A stretch of DNA of 64,000 bases from Patescibacteria group bacterium (GTDB lineage Bacteria > Patescibacteriota > Patescibacteriia > JAXHNJ01). A model generated the notes under the pieces. The model was not told the origin of the DNA. It ran no database searches and saw nothing but the letters and a program-made list of their open reading frames with translations. This document shows, piece by piece, positions 35,732 to 46,530 of the stretch. A program made the translations under genes and the position numbers. The first letter of the stretch is position 1. Each line of letters starts with the position of its first letter. The stretch spans positions 196,964 through 260,963 of the forward strand of contig JBAZMP010000002.1 of NCBI GenBank assembly GCA_041649715.1. The letters run 5' to 3'.

Positions 35732-38459
35732 TACCAAAGTCACAAAGGGGATAAAATGGGGCGTCTTTATAACCGCCGGTATATTGCTGGTGATTATCGC
35801 CTTTACTTTTTTAATATCTTATCTTACCACTCTTTCAGGTTACTACCCGATGCTGGGATACAATGATTTTTTGGCCAATGCCTCCCGCGCGCGTTTTATG
35901 CTGGACTTCTGGCCGCATATTAACTGGAATCATGAGTGGGGCTCAGGGATGCCTTTCTTTTTGTGGTACGCCCCCTTTCCTTTTTATTTGATAATTTTAT
36001 TCGCCAAAATATTCTCGGACATTGAGATGGGATTAGCGGTGATTAATGTTTTGAGCTTCGCTTTTATGGGGGTGGGGGTTTACGGTATAGTCTATACGGT
36101 GACCAGAAAGAGATTATTGGCGGTATTTTCCGCTTTTTTATCCATCAGCTTGCCGGCTTATTGGTATCGTATTCTTGCCGGAACCGTTCCCCGAACAATT
36201 TCTACCGCTTTTATGATGGTCAGCCTTTGGTTTCTAGTCCGGCTCTTAAAGGATTATTATGAAAATAATCAAAAGATAAATAAAAAAATATTTGTTTTTT
36301 TGATAATCTTTCTGACTTTAAGTTTGCAAAACCACATCTATATTACCGCCGTGACCGGTCTATTCGTTTTGATCATTATTTTTGTACTGGTCCGCGGCTT
36401 AAAAGAAAAAATAAAGATGTTGTTTAAAATAGTCACTTTGCCCCTGTTGCTGAGTTTTTATTTTTTATTCCCGTTTTTTGTCACCTTATCGCAATCCGTT
36501 CTCATAAAAAAAACGTCCATTGGTATTTACAAAGCCGAACCGGCGGATCTGGCTTTGTATCTTTTTCATAATCCAGACAAATTAGTGATCAATGGAGGGG
36601 GCTTAAATCCGCTCGTCCTGCCTTTTATCGTCATTTTTTTGTTGGTGGTTTTATTCGGCCGGCTAACCCGGGGTGATTCTTTTGGTAAAAGGATGATCAT
36701 CTGTTTTTTTCTTTTAACCGTGATGCTAGTCCTTTTTGGGACAGCCATCTATTTGGGTTACCCGGCCAACTGGTACTCGGTCAATTCCGTGCCCGATGAA
36801 GGATTTTATTTTCTTGCTTTAGTCACGCCTGTTCTCTGGGGCATTTTATTTTATTACATTTTCGGTAAACGGCGCTTCCTTTACTATACCTTTATGGCGG
36901 CCTTTTTTGTCGCCTTGGGCCTGGTTATCTGGTGGCAGTATCCGCAAAGGAACACTTATTCTGTTCGCAGTCACGATAACTACCCCACCAGTCAGGAAAA
37001 CCGTGAAGCGAATACGATTAACAAGATGCTAAAAAACGATATGACCGAATTGCAGTATCGCTTTGCCCACCCGGCTACGGAAATTGCCTTATATTTTAAC
37101 TATATTTATCGCATTCCCCAAACCCGAGATTTTTTCGCCCAGGGGGATTTACACCCTGACTGGCGGCCGTGGCTTGAGAATGCCATTTGGGAATGGAAAA
37201 ATAATTACAACGAAGTCAACTTCCTTTTAGATTGGTATGGGATAAAATGGTTTGCCGTTTGTAGTCCGGCGGATGTGGTAACCATGAGCGAAAAATACGA
37301 AAAAGAGCCGGATTTATACCAGAGGGCGGTAGAAAACGACAATTTTCAGGGCTTTATTTATAAAAACTTTTCACCGATTCTTTCCGCCAGCCAGTCCCCA
37401 AGCTTGTTAATTGTGGGAGCCAAAGAACAGAACAAATCTTACGACCCCGTTTTAAGAGACTTGGCCTTGCTTAATATCAATAGTCAGTATTTAATTCCGG
37501 TAAGAGGAAAAGATTATATTGAGGATTATAGTTTAGATGAACTGTCAAAATTTGATTCGGTTATTCTTTACCAGTATAAAATAAAAAATATCGAGAAGAT
37601 GGCGAATCTACTCAACAATTACGTGGAAAATGGCGGGGGCTTAATTATTGAAGCCAGCGACTTCGTTGATGATAGCCTGAAGTCCGAACTCGCCAAAAAA
37701 ATACTAGGCGTTTATATAAGGGAAATAAATGTCAACAGAGATTGGCAGTTTGAAGCGGGCAACTCCGCAATTGCCTCCGGCATTGATTTCACCGAATTTT
37801 CCCCAGCCCTTTATTTAGACAGCCCCTGGAAAGTTTACGTGAACCCAGTAAAAAACGATCAAGTTGAGAATGTTTTGCTGACCGATGGCCAGCCGGTGGT
37901 CATGGCCAAAAACTTTGGTCAAGGAAGGGTTATTTTTTCCGGCCTTAACCTGCCTTATCATATTCGTAACAATAACCAGCTTAATCTTGAAGAGACGAAA
38001 TTCCTGAATAATATGTATAAGTGGGTATTGAACGGTGACTTGGAAAAAGCCGTCCCGGTAAATTATGAGATGAAGTTCATTAGTCCGGAAAAAAGGGAAG
38101 TATCGTTGCGGGAAGAAGCAAGTGGCGTGGTCTTTAAGGAAAATTACTTTGCTAACTGGCACGCCTACTTAGAACAGGAGGGGGGCAAGACAAATTTGAC
38201 CATTTATCCGGCCGGGCCGGATTTCATGTATGTGCCTTTGCCAAGAAATTCGACGGGGGCGACACTTGTTTTTCAGTATAAAAAATCAACCCTGGAAGAT
38301 GTCAGCTTATACATCACCATCGTTATCGGTTTTGGCTTCGTCATCTATATCTTGGAAGGCTGGCTTTTTAAACCTATTCTGCCCAAGCTAAAACAATTGA
38401 CTCTCGGCCGGTTTTCCAAGCAAACACAAAAATGGTGGAATAAAGATGAAGAAGGGTAA
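35724..38459 (+). CDS. GT-C-like membrane protein C
   Basis: Paralog of B: GYND...WNHEWGSGMP, YVENGG, ENYFANW, WWNKDEEG. Confidence 0.78.
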   Translation: MNNTKVTKGIKWGVFITAGILLVIIAFTFLISYLTTLSGYYPMLGYNDFLANASRARFMLDFWPHINWNHEWGSGMPFFLWYAPFPFYLIILFAKIFSDIEMGLAVINVLSFAFMGVGVYGIVYTVTRKRLLAVFSAFLSISLPAYWYRILAGTVPRTISTAFMMVSLWFLVRLLKDYYENNQKINKKIFVFLIIFLTLSLQNHIYITAVTGLFVLIIIFVLVRGLKEKIKMLFKIVTLPLLLSFYFLFPFFVTLSQSVLIKKTSIGIYKAEPADLALYLFHNPDKLVINGGGLNPLVLPFIVIFLLVVLFGRLTRGDSFGKRMIICFFLLTVMLVLFGTAIYLGYPANWYSVNSVPDEGFYFLALVTPVLWGILFYYIFGKRRFLYYTFMAAFFVALGLVIWWQYPQRNTYSVRSHDNYPTSQENREANTINKMLKNDMTELQYRFAHPATEIALYFNYIYRIPQTRDFFAQGDLHPDWRPWLENAIWEWKNNYNEVNFLLDWYGIKWFAVCSPADVVTMSEKYEKEPDLYQRAVENDNFQGFIYKNFSPILSASQSPSLLIVGAKEQNKSYDPVLRDLALLNINSQYLIPVRGKDYIEDYSLDELSKFDSVILYQYKIKNIEKMANLLNNYVENGGGLIIEASDFVDDSLKSELAKKILGVYIREINVNRDWQFEAGNSAIASGIDFTEFSPALYLDSPWKVYVNPVKNDQVENVLLTDGQPVVMAKNFGQGRVIFSGLNLPYHIRNNNQLNLEETKFLNNMYKWVLNGDLEKAVPVNYEMKFISPEKREVSLREEASGVVFKENYFANWHAYLEQEGGKTNLTIYPAGPDFMYVPLPRNSTGATLVFQYKKSTLEDVSLYITIVIGFGFVIYILEGWLFKPILPKLKQLTLGRFSKQTQKWWNKDEEG

Positions 38460-38463
38460 CCAT

Positions 38464-39180
38464 ATGTCTAGAATATCTATTGCCGAGGAAAAAAGATATT
38501 TCTGGCGGACAGCCAACCCGTACCTTAAAAAAATTGAAAGTGAATTATTGGATTCAATTTTCAGGCCTCTGGCCGGCGGCAATATCCTAGAGGTCGGTTG
38601 CGGCACCGGCGCCAACTTTTTTTTCCTAAAAAAATATTTTTCTGATTTAACCGGCGTGGACCCTTCGGAGAAATCTTTGTCAATCGGGCGCCAACAGGTT
38701 AAGGAAGCAAAATTTTTTTCTGGTCGTGCACAAGTCTTGCCCTTTCCTGATGAGAGTTTTGACGTTATTTTTATGCGGGATGTCTTGCATCATATTTCTG
38801 ACATTCAGGATAAGAGATTGTCCTTGAGGGAAATGAAAAGAGTCTGCCGGAAAGGCGGACAGATCATCCTAATTGAACCTAATTACCGAAATATCATTAT
38901 ATTTTTTCAGTGGTTGTTACGGCCGGAAGAGAAAGGCCTGAAGGATTCAAGAGCCGATTGGCTCAAGAGATGGTTTGAAGAAGAAAATTTTAGTAGAATA
39001 GAAATCAGTCAGGCGGAGCCGCTGCCCCTGGATCGTTTGATCCTCCATTTCCGGACCGGCTGGCCGGCCTTAAGCCGTTTCTTTCTTTTTCGAAAATCAT
39101 TATCTTTTATCAATTCGATCTATAAATTATTAATTCCCCGGAAATTTTGGGCGTATCTTATCTTAAAAACCGAGAAATAA
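38464..39180 (+). CDS. Class I SAM-dependent methyltransferase
   Basis: LEVGCGTG, LPFPDESFD, LHH, EPN. Alternative start at 38446. Confidence 0.9.
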   Translation: MSRISIAEEKRYFWRTANPYLKKIESELLDSIFRPLAGGNILEVGCGTGANFFFLKKYFSDLTGVDPSEKSLSIGRQQVKEAKFFSGRAQVLPFPDESFDVIFMRDVLHHISDIQDKRLSLREMKRVCRKGGQIILIEPNYRNIIIFFQWLLRPEEKGLKDSRADWLKRWFEEENFSRIEISQAEPLPLDRLILHFRTGWPALSRFFLFRKSLSFINSIYKLLIPRKFWAYLILKTEK

Positions 39181-39182
39181 AT

Positions 39183-39860
39183 ATGAAAGTCAGTATTATC
39201 GTCCCAACAAAAAATGAGGAGAAAAATATCAAGGAGATTTTAGATAAAGCCAAAAAATTTGGCGAGGAAATTTTAGTCGTAGACGGTCATTCCACGGATA
39301 AAACGCCAGATATCGTGCAAGCAACGGGCGTGAAACTAATAGAGGATCAGGGTTTAGGCAAGGGAGAAGCCCTGCGTCGAGCAATTAAGGAAACTTCAGC
39401 TGATATCATGGTTTTTATAGATGCAGACGGTTCGCATAATTCCGAGGATATCCCGAAACTGATTGAGCCTATAAAAGATAACCAAGCCGATTTAGTGATC
39501 GCTTCCCGGAGGACCGGCGGATCGGACGAATTGTACGGCGACCTCAATAAGTTTTTCCGCGAATTAGGCAGCAATATTATTACTCTGCTGATCAACCATC
39601 ATTTTAAGACCGCCGTGACCGACAGCCAAAATGGTTTCCGGGCAATTAAAGCGTCCTTGGCAAAAGAATTGGATTTAAAAGAAAACATCACCACCATTGA
39701 ACAAGAAATGTTAATTAAGGTTTTAAGGAAAGGTGGCCGGGTGACGGAAATACCCAGTCATGAAAATAAAAGGAAATATGGCTGTTCTGTCATTAAATTG
39801 TCAAAGGTTTGGTGGCGCTATATATACAGTTGTCTTAAATATTTATATTTTTATTCATGA
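39183..39860 (+). CDS. GT2 glycosyltransferase, DPM1/GtrB-like
   Basis: IVPTKNE, VVDGHSTD, GKG, DADGSH, TDSQNGFRA. Confidence 0.92.
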   Translation: MKVSIIVPTKNEEKNIKEILDKAKKFGEEILVVDGHSTDKTPDIVQATGVKLIEDQGLGKGEALRRAIKETSADIMVFIDADGSHNSEDIPKLIEPIKDNQADLVIASRRTGGSDELYGDLNKFFRELGSNIITLLINHHFKTAVTDSQNGFRAIKASLAKELDLKENITTIEQEMLIKVLRKGGRVTEIPSHENKRKYGCSVIKLSKVWWRYIYSCLKYLYFYS

Positions 39861-41272
39861 GAATATATCTAGTGAATCCTCCCGCTCCCGATGGCATAGC
39901 CATGGTCAGAGAGGGGAGATGCATGCAACGTAAAGGGGCGTGGACCGCGGTTTGGGCGCCAATTTCTCTAGCGACCATGGGAGCCATCTTTGAAAAAGAA
40001 GGCTATGCGGTTAAATTGAACGATTGCATCGTGGAAAACATTGATTTTAGGCAATTGGAAAAGATTATACGGCAATTTTCCCCGTCGGTAGTGATTATTA
40101 ACACGGCCACTCCCTCGATTGAGAGCGATTTAAAAGTGGCGGCTCTGGCCAAATCAATTGACCGCCGTATTCTGACCGTGGTTTTTGGCATCCACGTCAC
40201 CGCTTTGCCCAAAGAAACGTTAGAAATGGCAAAAGATCTTGACCTAGTGGTGCGCGGGGAGCCCGAGGAAACGGTTAAAGAGATTGCCGCTTATTTAAAT
40301 CGAGGCGATAGATTGGAAAACATAAAAGGCCTTTCCTACCGGAAGAACGGCCAGATTATTCAACAAGAAGACCGGCCCCTGGTTCAAAATTTGGACACCT
40401 TTCCCTTTCCGGCTTGGCACTTGGTGGATATTTCAAAATACACCTTGCCTTTTAAAAACAAACCCTTCCTATTAGTGGATACCGGCCGCGGCTGTCCCTT
40501 CAACTGCACCTTTTGTTCCGCGGCCGCATTTTACGGCCATCAGGTAAGATTACGCTCGGTAAAAAATTTAGTCGATGAGCTGGTTTACATAAAGGATAAA
40601 TACAAGGTTGATGAATTTCTTTTCTGGACGGAAAGTTTCACTTTAAATAATGATTATGCTAAGGCCGTCTGTCGGGAAATAATCAGCCGGCATTTAAAGA
40701 TCGGTTTTGTCTGTAATTCTCGCGTGACCGGGATCGACAGGGAACTGCTGGCCTTAATCAAAAAGGCGGGTGGTTGGATGATCGGCTACGGGGTGGAATC
40801 AGGTAGCCAGAAAATACTTGACCAGGCAAAGAAGGGAATCACGCTCAAGCAGATCGAAGAAGCGGTCAATCTGGCGAAAGAGGTGGGTTTAGATGTGACG
40901 GCTCATGTGATTTTTGGTCTGCCCGGCGAAACGCAGGAAACGATGCGAGAAACCTTAAAATTTTGTTTAAGATTACCCTTGGATTATGCCCAGTTTTACT
41001 GCGCCGTGCCTTTTCCCGGCTCCCAGTTTTATCAAGAGGCCAAGCAGAATAATTGGCTCGTGGATTCGCGCTGGCCCTACCTTGAACAGAATTTCTGTGT
41101 CATAGATTATTTCTCTCTTTCCAGCCGCCAGATCATGGATTTTCGGCGCCAAGCCTTTCGTAAGTTTTACCTGCGGCCGAAAATGATTTTCAAGGCGCTC
41201 GGAAGGATTGATTCGTGGTGGAGCATTAAATATTTCTTCTCCATGCTTAAGGATTTTTTAACCTGGATTTAA
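39857..41272 (+). CDS. B12-binding radical SAM protein 2 (HpnJ-like)
   Basis: VNPP...REGRC, RGEPE, RGCPFNCTFC, GVESG, PFPGS. Confidence 0.92.
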   Translation: MRIYLVNPPAPDGIAMVREGRCMQRKGAWTAVWAPISLATMGAIFEKEGYAVKLNDCIVENIDFRQLEKIIRQFSPSVVIINTATPSIESDLKVAALAKSIDRRILTVVFGIHVTALPKETLEMAKDLDLVVRGEPEETVKEIAAYLNRGDRLENIKGLSYRKNGQIIQQEDRPLVQNLDTFPFPAWHLVDISKYTLPFKNKPFLLVDTGRGCPFNCTFCSAAAFYGHQVRLRSVKNLVDELVYIKDKYKVDEFLFWTESFTLNNDYAKAVCREIISRHLKIGFVCNSRVTGIDRELLALIKKAGGWMIGYGVESGSQKILDQAKKGITLKQIEEAVNLAKEVGLDVTAHVIFGLPGETQETMRETLKFCLRLPLDYAQFYCAVPFPGSQFYQEAKQNNWLVDSRWPYLEQNFCVIDYFSLSSRQIMDFRRQAFRKFYLRPKMIFKALGRIDSWWSIKYFFSMLKDFLTWI

Positions 41273-41273
41273 T

Positions 41274-42161
41274 ATGACCGCCTGCGATATCGGGATCATG
41301 GCCTACAATGAAGAAAAGAATATCAGCCGATTGCTGGAAGCTTTGCTTAACCAAAAATTGAGCCGAGTCAAAATCTCCCATATTTTTGTCATTGCCTCGG
41401 GCTGTACTGACCGGACGGAAGAAATCGTCCGCGAATATATAAAAAAGGATAATCGCATCAGGCTAATCAGTCAGAAAAAGCGGGAGGGTAAATCCTCGGC
41501 CATTAATTTTTTTATCAAGGAAGCCAGGGAGAATATCTTGGTCTTGGAAAGCGGCGATACTTTACCGGTAGAAAATACCATTGAGAACCTCATTTTGCCC
41601 TTTTCCGAACCTGAAGTCGGGATGACCGGAGCCCATGTCATTCCTTTAAACAAGGATAATACCCCTGTTGGTTTTGCGGTCCAAACACTTTGGCGGCTGC
41701 ATCATCTTATCGCCTTAAAAATCCCCAAAATGGGGGAGCTCGTCGCTTTCCGGAAAATTTTCCAAATGATACCCAAAACCTCAGCCGTGGACGAGGCCAA
41801 CATCGAGCCTTTGGTAAAAGGACAGGGTTATCGTTTGGTTTATGTGCCGGAAGCGATCGTCTATAACCGCGGGCCGGAGAATGTCCGCGAATTTATCCGC
41901 CAGCGCAAAAGAATTAACATCGGCCTTTTGGCGTTGAAAGAGAACCAGGGCTATATGGTGGCTACGATGAGCGGCCGGCGGGTTTTCCTGACGCTGATGA
42001 GAAACTTTAAATTTTCCGTCAAATCTCTCGCCTATACTCCCATCGTCATCGGGCTAGAAGTATGGGCAAGGATCTTGGCGGCTTATGCCTATCATTATAA
42101 AAAAGACAGTCAGACCGTGTGGGAGATCTGTCCTTCCACCAAGAAACTTAATCATGATTAG
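41274..42161 (+). CDS. GT2 glycosyltransferase (CesA-like motifs)
   Basis: AYNEE, SGCTD, GKS, SGD, VDE, RQRKR (QxxRW-like). Confidence 0.88.
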   Translation: MTACDIGIMAYNEEKNISRLLEALLNQKLSRVKISHIFVIASGCTDRTEEIVREYIKKDNRIRLISQKKREGKSSAINFFIKEARENILVLESGDTLPVENTIENLILPFSEPEVGMTGAHVIPLNKDNTPVGFAVQTLWRLHHLIALKIPKMGELVAFRKIFQMIPKTSAVDEANIEPLVKGQGYRLVYVPEAIVYNRGPENVREFIRQRKRINIGLLALKENQGYMVATMSGRRVFLTLMRNFKFSVKSLAYTPIVIGLEVWARILAAYAYHYKKDSQTVWEICPSTKKLNHD

Positions 42162-43224
42162 AATATTTTTAAAAACCTTTTTATACCGTCTTTTCCGGCG
42201 CTTTGGCTGGCCAAAAGTCAAGCCAGTCAATTTTACTTTAGGTATTTCTTGCGTCTGTAATTCTCGTTGCCAAACCTGCCATATCTGGGAGAAAAAAGTG
42301 GAAGAGCTAAAAATAGAGGAATGGGAAAAGATATTAAAAAAAATCGGGTCAGGTATTTTTTGGGTGACTATTTCCGGAGGCGAGCCTTTTTTGGCCTCTC
42401 ATCTGGTGGCATTAGTCAAATTGGTGAAAATTTATCTCCAACCAAATATTATCACCATTCCGACTAACGGTCTGCTGACAGAAGTGATTATAGATAAAGT
42501 CAAGAGGATTTGTGAAGAAAATAATAAAGTGAAAATAATAATCAATTTCTCTTTGGACGGTTTAGGGCCAAGACAAGATGAGATCAGGGGAGTTGAGGGG
42601 TCTTTCGAGAAGTTAATCAAAACTTATCGGGGGGTAAAACAGCTCGATTATGACAATTTGACGGTGGGGATCCACACCGTCATTTCCAAACTTAATACTA
42701 AAGATCTGCCGACACTCTTTAATTTCGTCCTGGACGAATTAAAACCGGATCAATATATCACCGAGATCGCCGAGAGGAGAGTAGAGCTAGACAATTTAAC
42801 TTATGACATTACGCCCTCGCCGGAAGAATACAGCCTGATTATTGATTCGCTGCGTGAAAAAATAAAAAAGCATGAATTTAAAAAAGTCGGCCGTATTACT
42901 GAAGCTTTCCGCCTGGAATATTATCAAGCAGTCAAGAGAATTTTGCGCGAGGAGACACAAGTAATTCCTTGCTACGCAGGAGTGGCTTCGGCGCAGATTT
43001 CGGCGGACGGGCAGATCTGGCCCTGCTGTATCCGAGCGGATAATTTGGGCAATTTGAGAGACAATAATTATGATTTCAAAAAGGTTTGGTTTTCTCCGGA
43101 AGCAGGAAAAGTGAGGCGAAGCATTAAAAACAAAGAATGCGCCTGTCCCTTGGCCAATGCTTTTTACACCAATATGTTGGGTCATAACCGCACTTTACTT
43201 AAAGTCATTACTCATTTAAGATGA
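42154..43224 (+). CDS. Radical SAM protein with SPASM/twitch domain
   Basis: CNSRCQTC, SGGEPF, TNG, SLDG, PCYAG...G..WPCC. Confidence 0.92.
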   Translation: MIRIFLKTFLYRLFRRFGWPKVKPVNFTLGISCVCNSRCQTCHIWEKKVEELKIEEWEKILKKIGSGIFWVTISGGEPFLASHLVALVKLVKIYLQPNIITIPTNGLLTEVIIDKVKRICEENNKVKIIINFSLDGLGPRQDEIRGVEGSFEKLIKTYRGVKQLDYDNLTVGIHTVISKLNTKDLPTLFNFVLDELKPDQYITEIAERRVELDNLTYDITPSPEEYSLIIDSLREKIKKHEFKKVGRITEAFRLEYYQAVKRILREETQVIPCYAGVASAQISADGQIWPCCIRADNLGNLRDNNYDFKKVWFSPEAGKVRRSIKNKECACPLANAFYTNMLGHNRTLLKVITHLR

Positions 43225-44129
43225 TGAACAATTTAAAAAAAATAATCGTCTGCCCCGTGTGTCTTAAGGGTTTATCCCTTAAAATGGGCCATTATTATTG
43301 TCCAGAGTGCGGCCGATCTTATGCCGTAAAAGAAGGAATACCGGTTTTAGTGAAAGGAGAAATATTCGACTCACAGATCCAAAATAAGGAATATGAGTGG
43401 AAAAGAAAGGAGATATTGGTTTTTGATGCAGTTGATGATTACGAGAAATTCATGTCCCGGCCTTATTTCCGCGATTTAAAAGAACAAATCAGCCAGGAGC
43501 TGAAACTCTTAAAAGATAATAAAAACGAGGTTTTGGAAGTCGGGGCGGGGATCAGTCTTTTCGCGCCGATGTTCGCCGATAAAAATCTGGTTTTAACCGA
43601 TTTAAGCTTTTCTCTTTTAAGAAAAAACGAAGCCCATATTTTCAAAGTGGTGGCGGACGGAGAATATCTGCCCTTTGCCGATCAAAGTTTTGATTTTATT
43701 TATGTGATTGGTTTGATCCATCATCTCCCGAACCAAAGGAGAGGTTTAAAAGAGCTCAAACGCCTAGTCAGGCCCGGCGGCCAGATTTTTTTAAGCGAGC
43801 CGACTAAATGGAGTTTTAATTTGATTTATTATCTGGTCCGCCGCCTCTTATTAAAAATTATGGGTGAAAGATGGCTGAAACGACTGAGCGGCTGCGGCAC
43901 GCCTTATGAATCCTTTATTAATTTAAAGTTGGTCAAAGAAATATTTAAAGATGATTTTGAAATAAAAGTGAAGAAAATTTTCCCTTGCCGCTGGCCACCT
44001 CTGTTATTCTTAGAGAAAATGAAGATTATCGTGCCCCTGAATAAATTTTGGCAGAAAGTGCCACTGGTCCGGAATTTCGGCAGCATTATTTTTATCACCC
44101 TGACGCGGAAAAAATACTATGGAGTATGA
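43221..44129 (+). CDS. Trm112-like zinc ribbon fused to class I SAM methyltransferase
   Basis: CPVC...CPEC...EGIPVL N-terminus; LEVGAG, LPFADQSFD, IHH. Confidence 0.88.
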   Translation: MMNNLKKIIVCPVCLKGLSLKMGHYYCPECGRSYAVKEGIPVLVKGEIFDSQIQNKEYEWKRKEILVFDAVDDYEKFMSRPYFRDLKEQISQELKLLKDNKNEVLEVGAGISLFAPMFADKNLVLTDLSFSLLRKNEAHIFKVVADGEYLPFADQSFDFIYVIGLIHHLPNQRRGLKELKRLVRPGGQIFLSEPTKWSFNLIYYLVRRLLLKIMGERWLKRLSGCGTPYESFINLKLVKEIFKDDFEIKVKKIFPCRWPPLLFLEKMKIIVPLNKFWQKVPLVRNFGSIIFITLTRKKYYGV

Positions 44130-44733
44130 CGAAAAAATCGGCTACGGCTCCAATTATGAAAAATATCTATTAAGCGGGATTTTCCGCCGTTTGATTGAAA
44201 AACTCAAGATTCAAGCCGTTTTAGAATATCCCGCGAATCGTTTAATGGGGAACCATGAAGAGCTGTTTGAAGGTTTGGATATAAAAATCAATCCGCCGAC
44301 GGCGGATCTGGTCTGGAATTTCTGCGAGTATGAGCAAAGTGAAGACCGGGATTTGCTTTTTAAAGAAATGCTCAATCGGAGCCAAAAGTACATATTAGTC
44401 ATTACCGGCAATAAAAGAAATTTAGGGGTAATTTTGCACCGGCTTTGGCATTTAATGATTTTTAAATCTTGGGACCATGGCCGACTGGATTTGATGGATT
44501 ATAAAAAAGTAGAAAAGAGGGCGAAAAGATTTGATCATTTGAAAATCATCAAGAAGGGAACTTTTGACGTACCCTGGTTTATTTTGGACGTCTATGAGTG
44601 TGGCCGGTTTCTAAAAAAATTTATCCCTCATAAGGATGATATGCCGGTAAAGCCGTCATTTTGGGAAAGATGGCCGTGGTTTATCAAGAAATATATGGCG
44701 CATCATTTTTATGTGCTGATGGAAAAAATATGA
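44119..44733 (+). CDS. Hypothetical protein, degenerate methyltransferase-like
   Basis: Translationally coupled on both sides; VLEYP, ADLVWNF and EMLNRS resemble class I MTase strands. Confidence 0.65.
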   Translation: MEYDEKIGYGSNYEKYLLSGIFRRLIEKLKIQAVLEYPANRLMGNHEELFEGLDIKINPPTADLVWNFCEYEQSEDRDLLFKEMLNRSQKYILVITGNKRNLGVILHRLWHLMIFKSWDHGRLDLMDYKKVEKRAKRFDHLKIIKKGTFDVPWFILDVYECGRFLKKFIPHKDDMPVKPSFWERWPWFIKKYMAHHFYVLMEKI

Positions 44734-46118
44734 AGGTTCTCTTGATTTATCCGAAAAGCAAAATTTGGAATATGCCGACCCAAAGGCCGCTGGGTTTGGG
44801 TTACTTGGCGGCGGTTTTAGAAAAAGCCGGTCATGAGGTAAAAATTTTTGATTGTATGGTAGAAGAAGGGTCGGCGGTGGACTACTGTTCTAATTTTTCG
44901 CCAGAGTTAGTCGGGATATCAGCTAATACTCCTTTGATCAAAAGCGCGTGGGAAATAGCCTCAGAAATCAAGAAAAAAGGTAATTCCTTTATCGTTTTGG
45001 GCGGGCCGCACCCCACGGCTTTGCCAGAGGAGTCTCTTAAACTCCCCTATATTGATGCCGTGGTGAGAGGTGAAGGAGAAGAAACGGTATTGGAATTGGT
45101 TGAAGCTTTGGCGGAGAAAAAAGGTTTGGCCGATATTTCCGGTCTTTCTTTTAAAGAAGGGGATAGTCTAATTCATAATCCGGCCAGGCCGTTGAATAAT
45201 AACCTAGACACTTTGCCTTGGCCGGCTTATCATCTTTACCAAAGTGACAAATATTCAGTGACCCAACCTTTACGTGACCGGCCTTTTGGAAAAGCCAAAG
45301 CATTTTATCTGATGACTTCACGGGGTTGCCCGTACGCCTGCAGTTTTTGTTTCAAGGGGATTTATGGCCTCTCCTGGCGACCCCGCACGCCAGAAAACGT
45401 AGTCGCCGAGTGGGACTTTTTAGTCAATAAGTTAGGCGCCACGGAGATCGGTGTCCAGGATGATTTGTTTAATTTCGACAAAAAAAGAGCCCTGAGAATT
45501 TGTGATCTGTTAGTCGAGAAGAATTTGAGTCATGTGCCTTGGATTACGAATAATGGTATCCGCGTCAATTTTGTCGATGAAGAGCTTTTAGCCGCCATGA
45601 AAAAAGCCGGTTGCAAAAGAGTGGCTTTTGGGGTGGAAAGCGGGGATCAGCGAATATTGGACCACATTCACAAAAAAATCACCTTGGAAATGGTAAGGAA
45701 GGCTTTTACGGCTGCTAAGAAAGTCGGTTTGGAAACCATGGGCTTTTTCATGTTCGGCAACCTGGGAGAAAATGAGGGAACAATGGAAAAGACGATTCAA
45801 TTTGCTTTAGAATTAGACCCTTTAGTTTCGCATTTCAGTGTGGCGACTCCCTTTCCGGGCACGGAGTTCTTTCAGAAAGTGGAAAAAGAAGGAAAATTTC
45901 TCACCCGCAATTGGGACGACTACGGCCTTTTAGAAGGCAGGGCCGTTTTCGAGCGGGGAGAAATAAAAGCGCCGCTTTTGGAAAGAAAGTGGCACGAAGC
46001 TTACCGACGATTTTATCTGAGGTCAAGAAGGATATTCCGAGAAATTTTCAAATTAAGCAACTGGTTGAATTTGCCTCGGCTGCTTAAGGCTGGTTTTCAG
46101 TATTTTTTTGGGAGCTGA
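44730..46118 (+). CDS. B12-binding radical SAM protein 3
   Basis: PLGLGYLAA, GGPHPT, RGEGE, RGCPYACSFC, GVESG. Confidence 0.93.
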   Translation: MKVLLIYPKSKIWNMPTQRPLGLGYLAAVLEKAGHEVKIFDCMVEEGSAVDYCSNFSPELVGISANTPLIKSAWEIASEIKKKGNSFIVLGGPHPTALPEESLKLPYIDAVVRGEGEETVLELVEALAEKKGLADISGLSFKEGDSLIHNPARPLNNNLDTLPWPAYHLYQSDKYSVTQPLRDRPFGKAKAFYLMTSRGCPYACSFCFKGIYGLSWRPRTPENVVAEWDFLVNKLGATEIGVQDDLFNFDKKRALRICDLLVEKNLSHVPWITNNGIRVNFVDEELLAAMKKAGCKRVAFGVESGDQRILDHIHKKITLEMVRKAFTAAKKVGLETMGFFMFGNLGENEGTMEKTIQFALELDPLVSHFSVATPFPGTEFFQKVEKEGKFLTRNWDDYGLLEGRAVFERGEIKAPLLERKWHEAYRRFYLRSRRIFREIFKLSNWLNLPRLLKAGFQYFFGS

Positions 46119-46503
46119 GACTAGTCGGCCAGATGATCAGCTCATAGACGGCAAAATTCAGGGCGGCGCAGATGATGATGGCGATACCCAAGGCGAGAAG
46201 ATAATGCCAGCCGTAATTCAAAAGCACGTTATAAATAAAAAAATTCAAAGCCACGGTTAAAGCGGTCATCAAATAATAAAAGATTATTTTTTTGGTAAAT
46301 TCGCCGAGTTTTTTCACGCTTCTTTCCGACCAGGTCCAGAAATTGTTTAAGAAAAAGTTACTTAAGAGGGCCAGAAAGGTGGAGAAATACCAAGCCAGCC
46401 GGGGATTGATATGGAACCATTCCACCTCGGCGGTAATAACGGCGAAACCGACGACCACCCCGACCAGACCGACCAGACCGAATTTTATCACTTTGATAAA
46501 CAT
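46084..46503 (-). CDS. GtrA family lipid-linked sugar flippase
   Basis: KFGLVG...NFFLNNFWTW...NF, four TMs. Start could be 46503, 46509, 46515 or 46527. Confidence 0.88.
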   Translation of the reverse strand: MFIKVIKFGLVGLVGVVVGFAVITAEVEWFHINPRLAWYFSTFLALLSNFFLNNFWTWSERSVKKLGEFTKKIIFYYLMTALTVALNFFIYNVLLNYGWHYLLALGIAIIICAALNFAVYELIIWPTSLSSQKNTENQP

Positions 46504-46530
46504 ATTCATAATCATACCAAATATCATTCT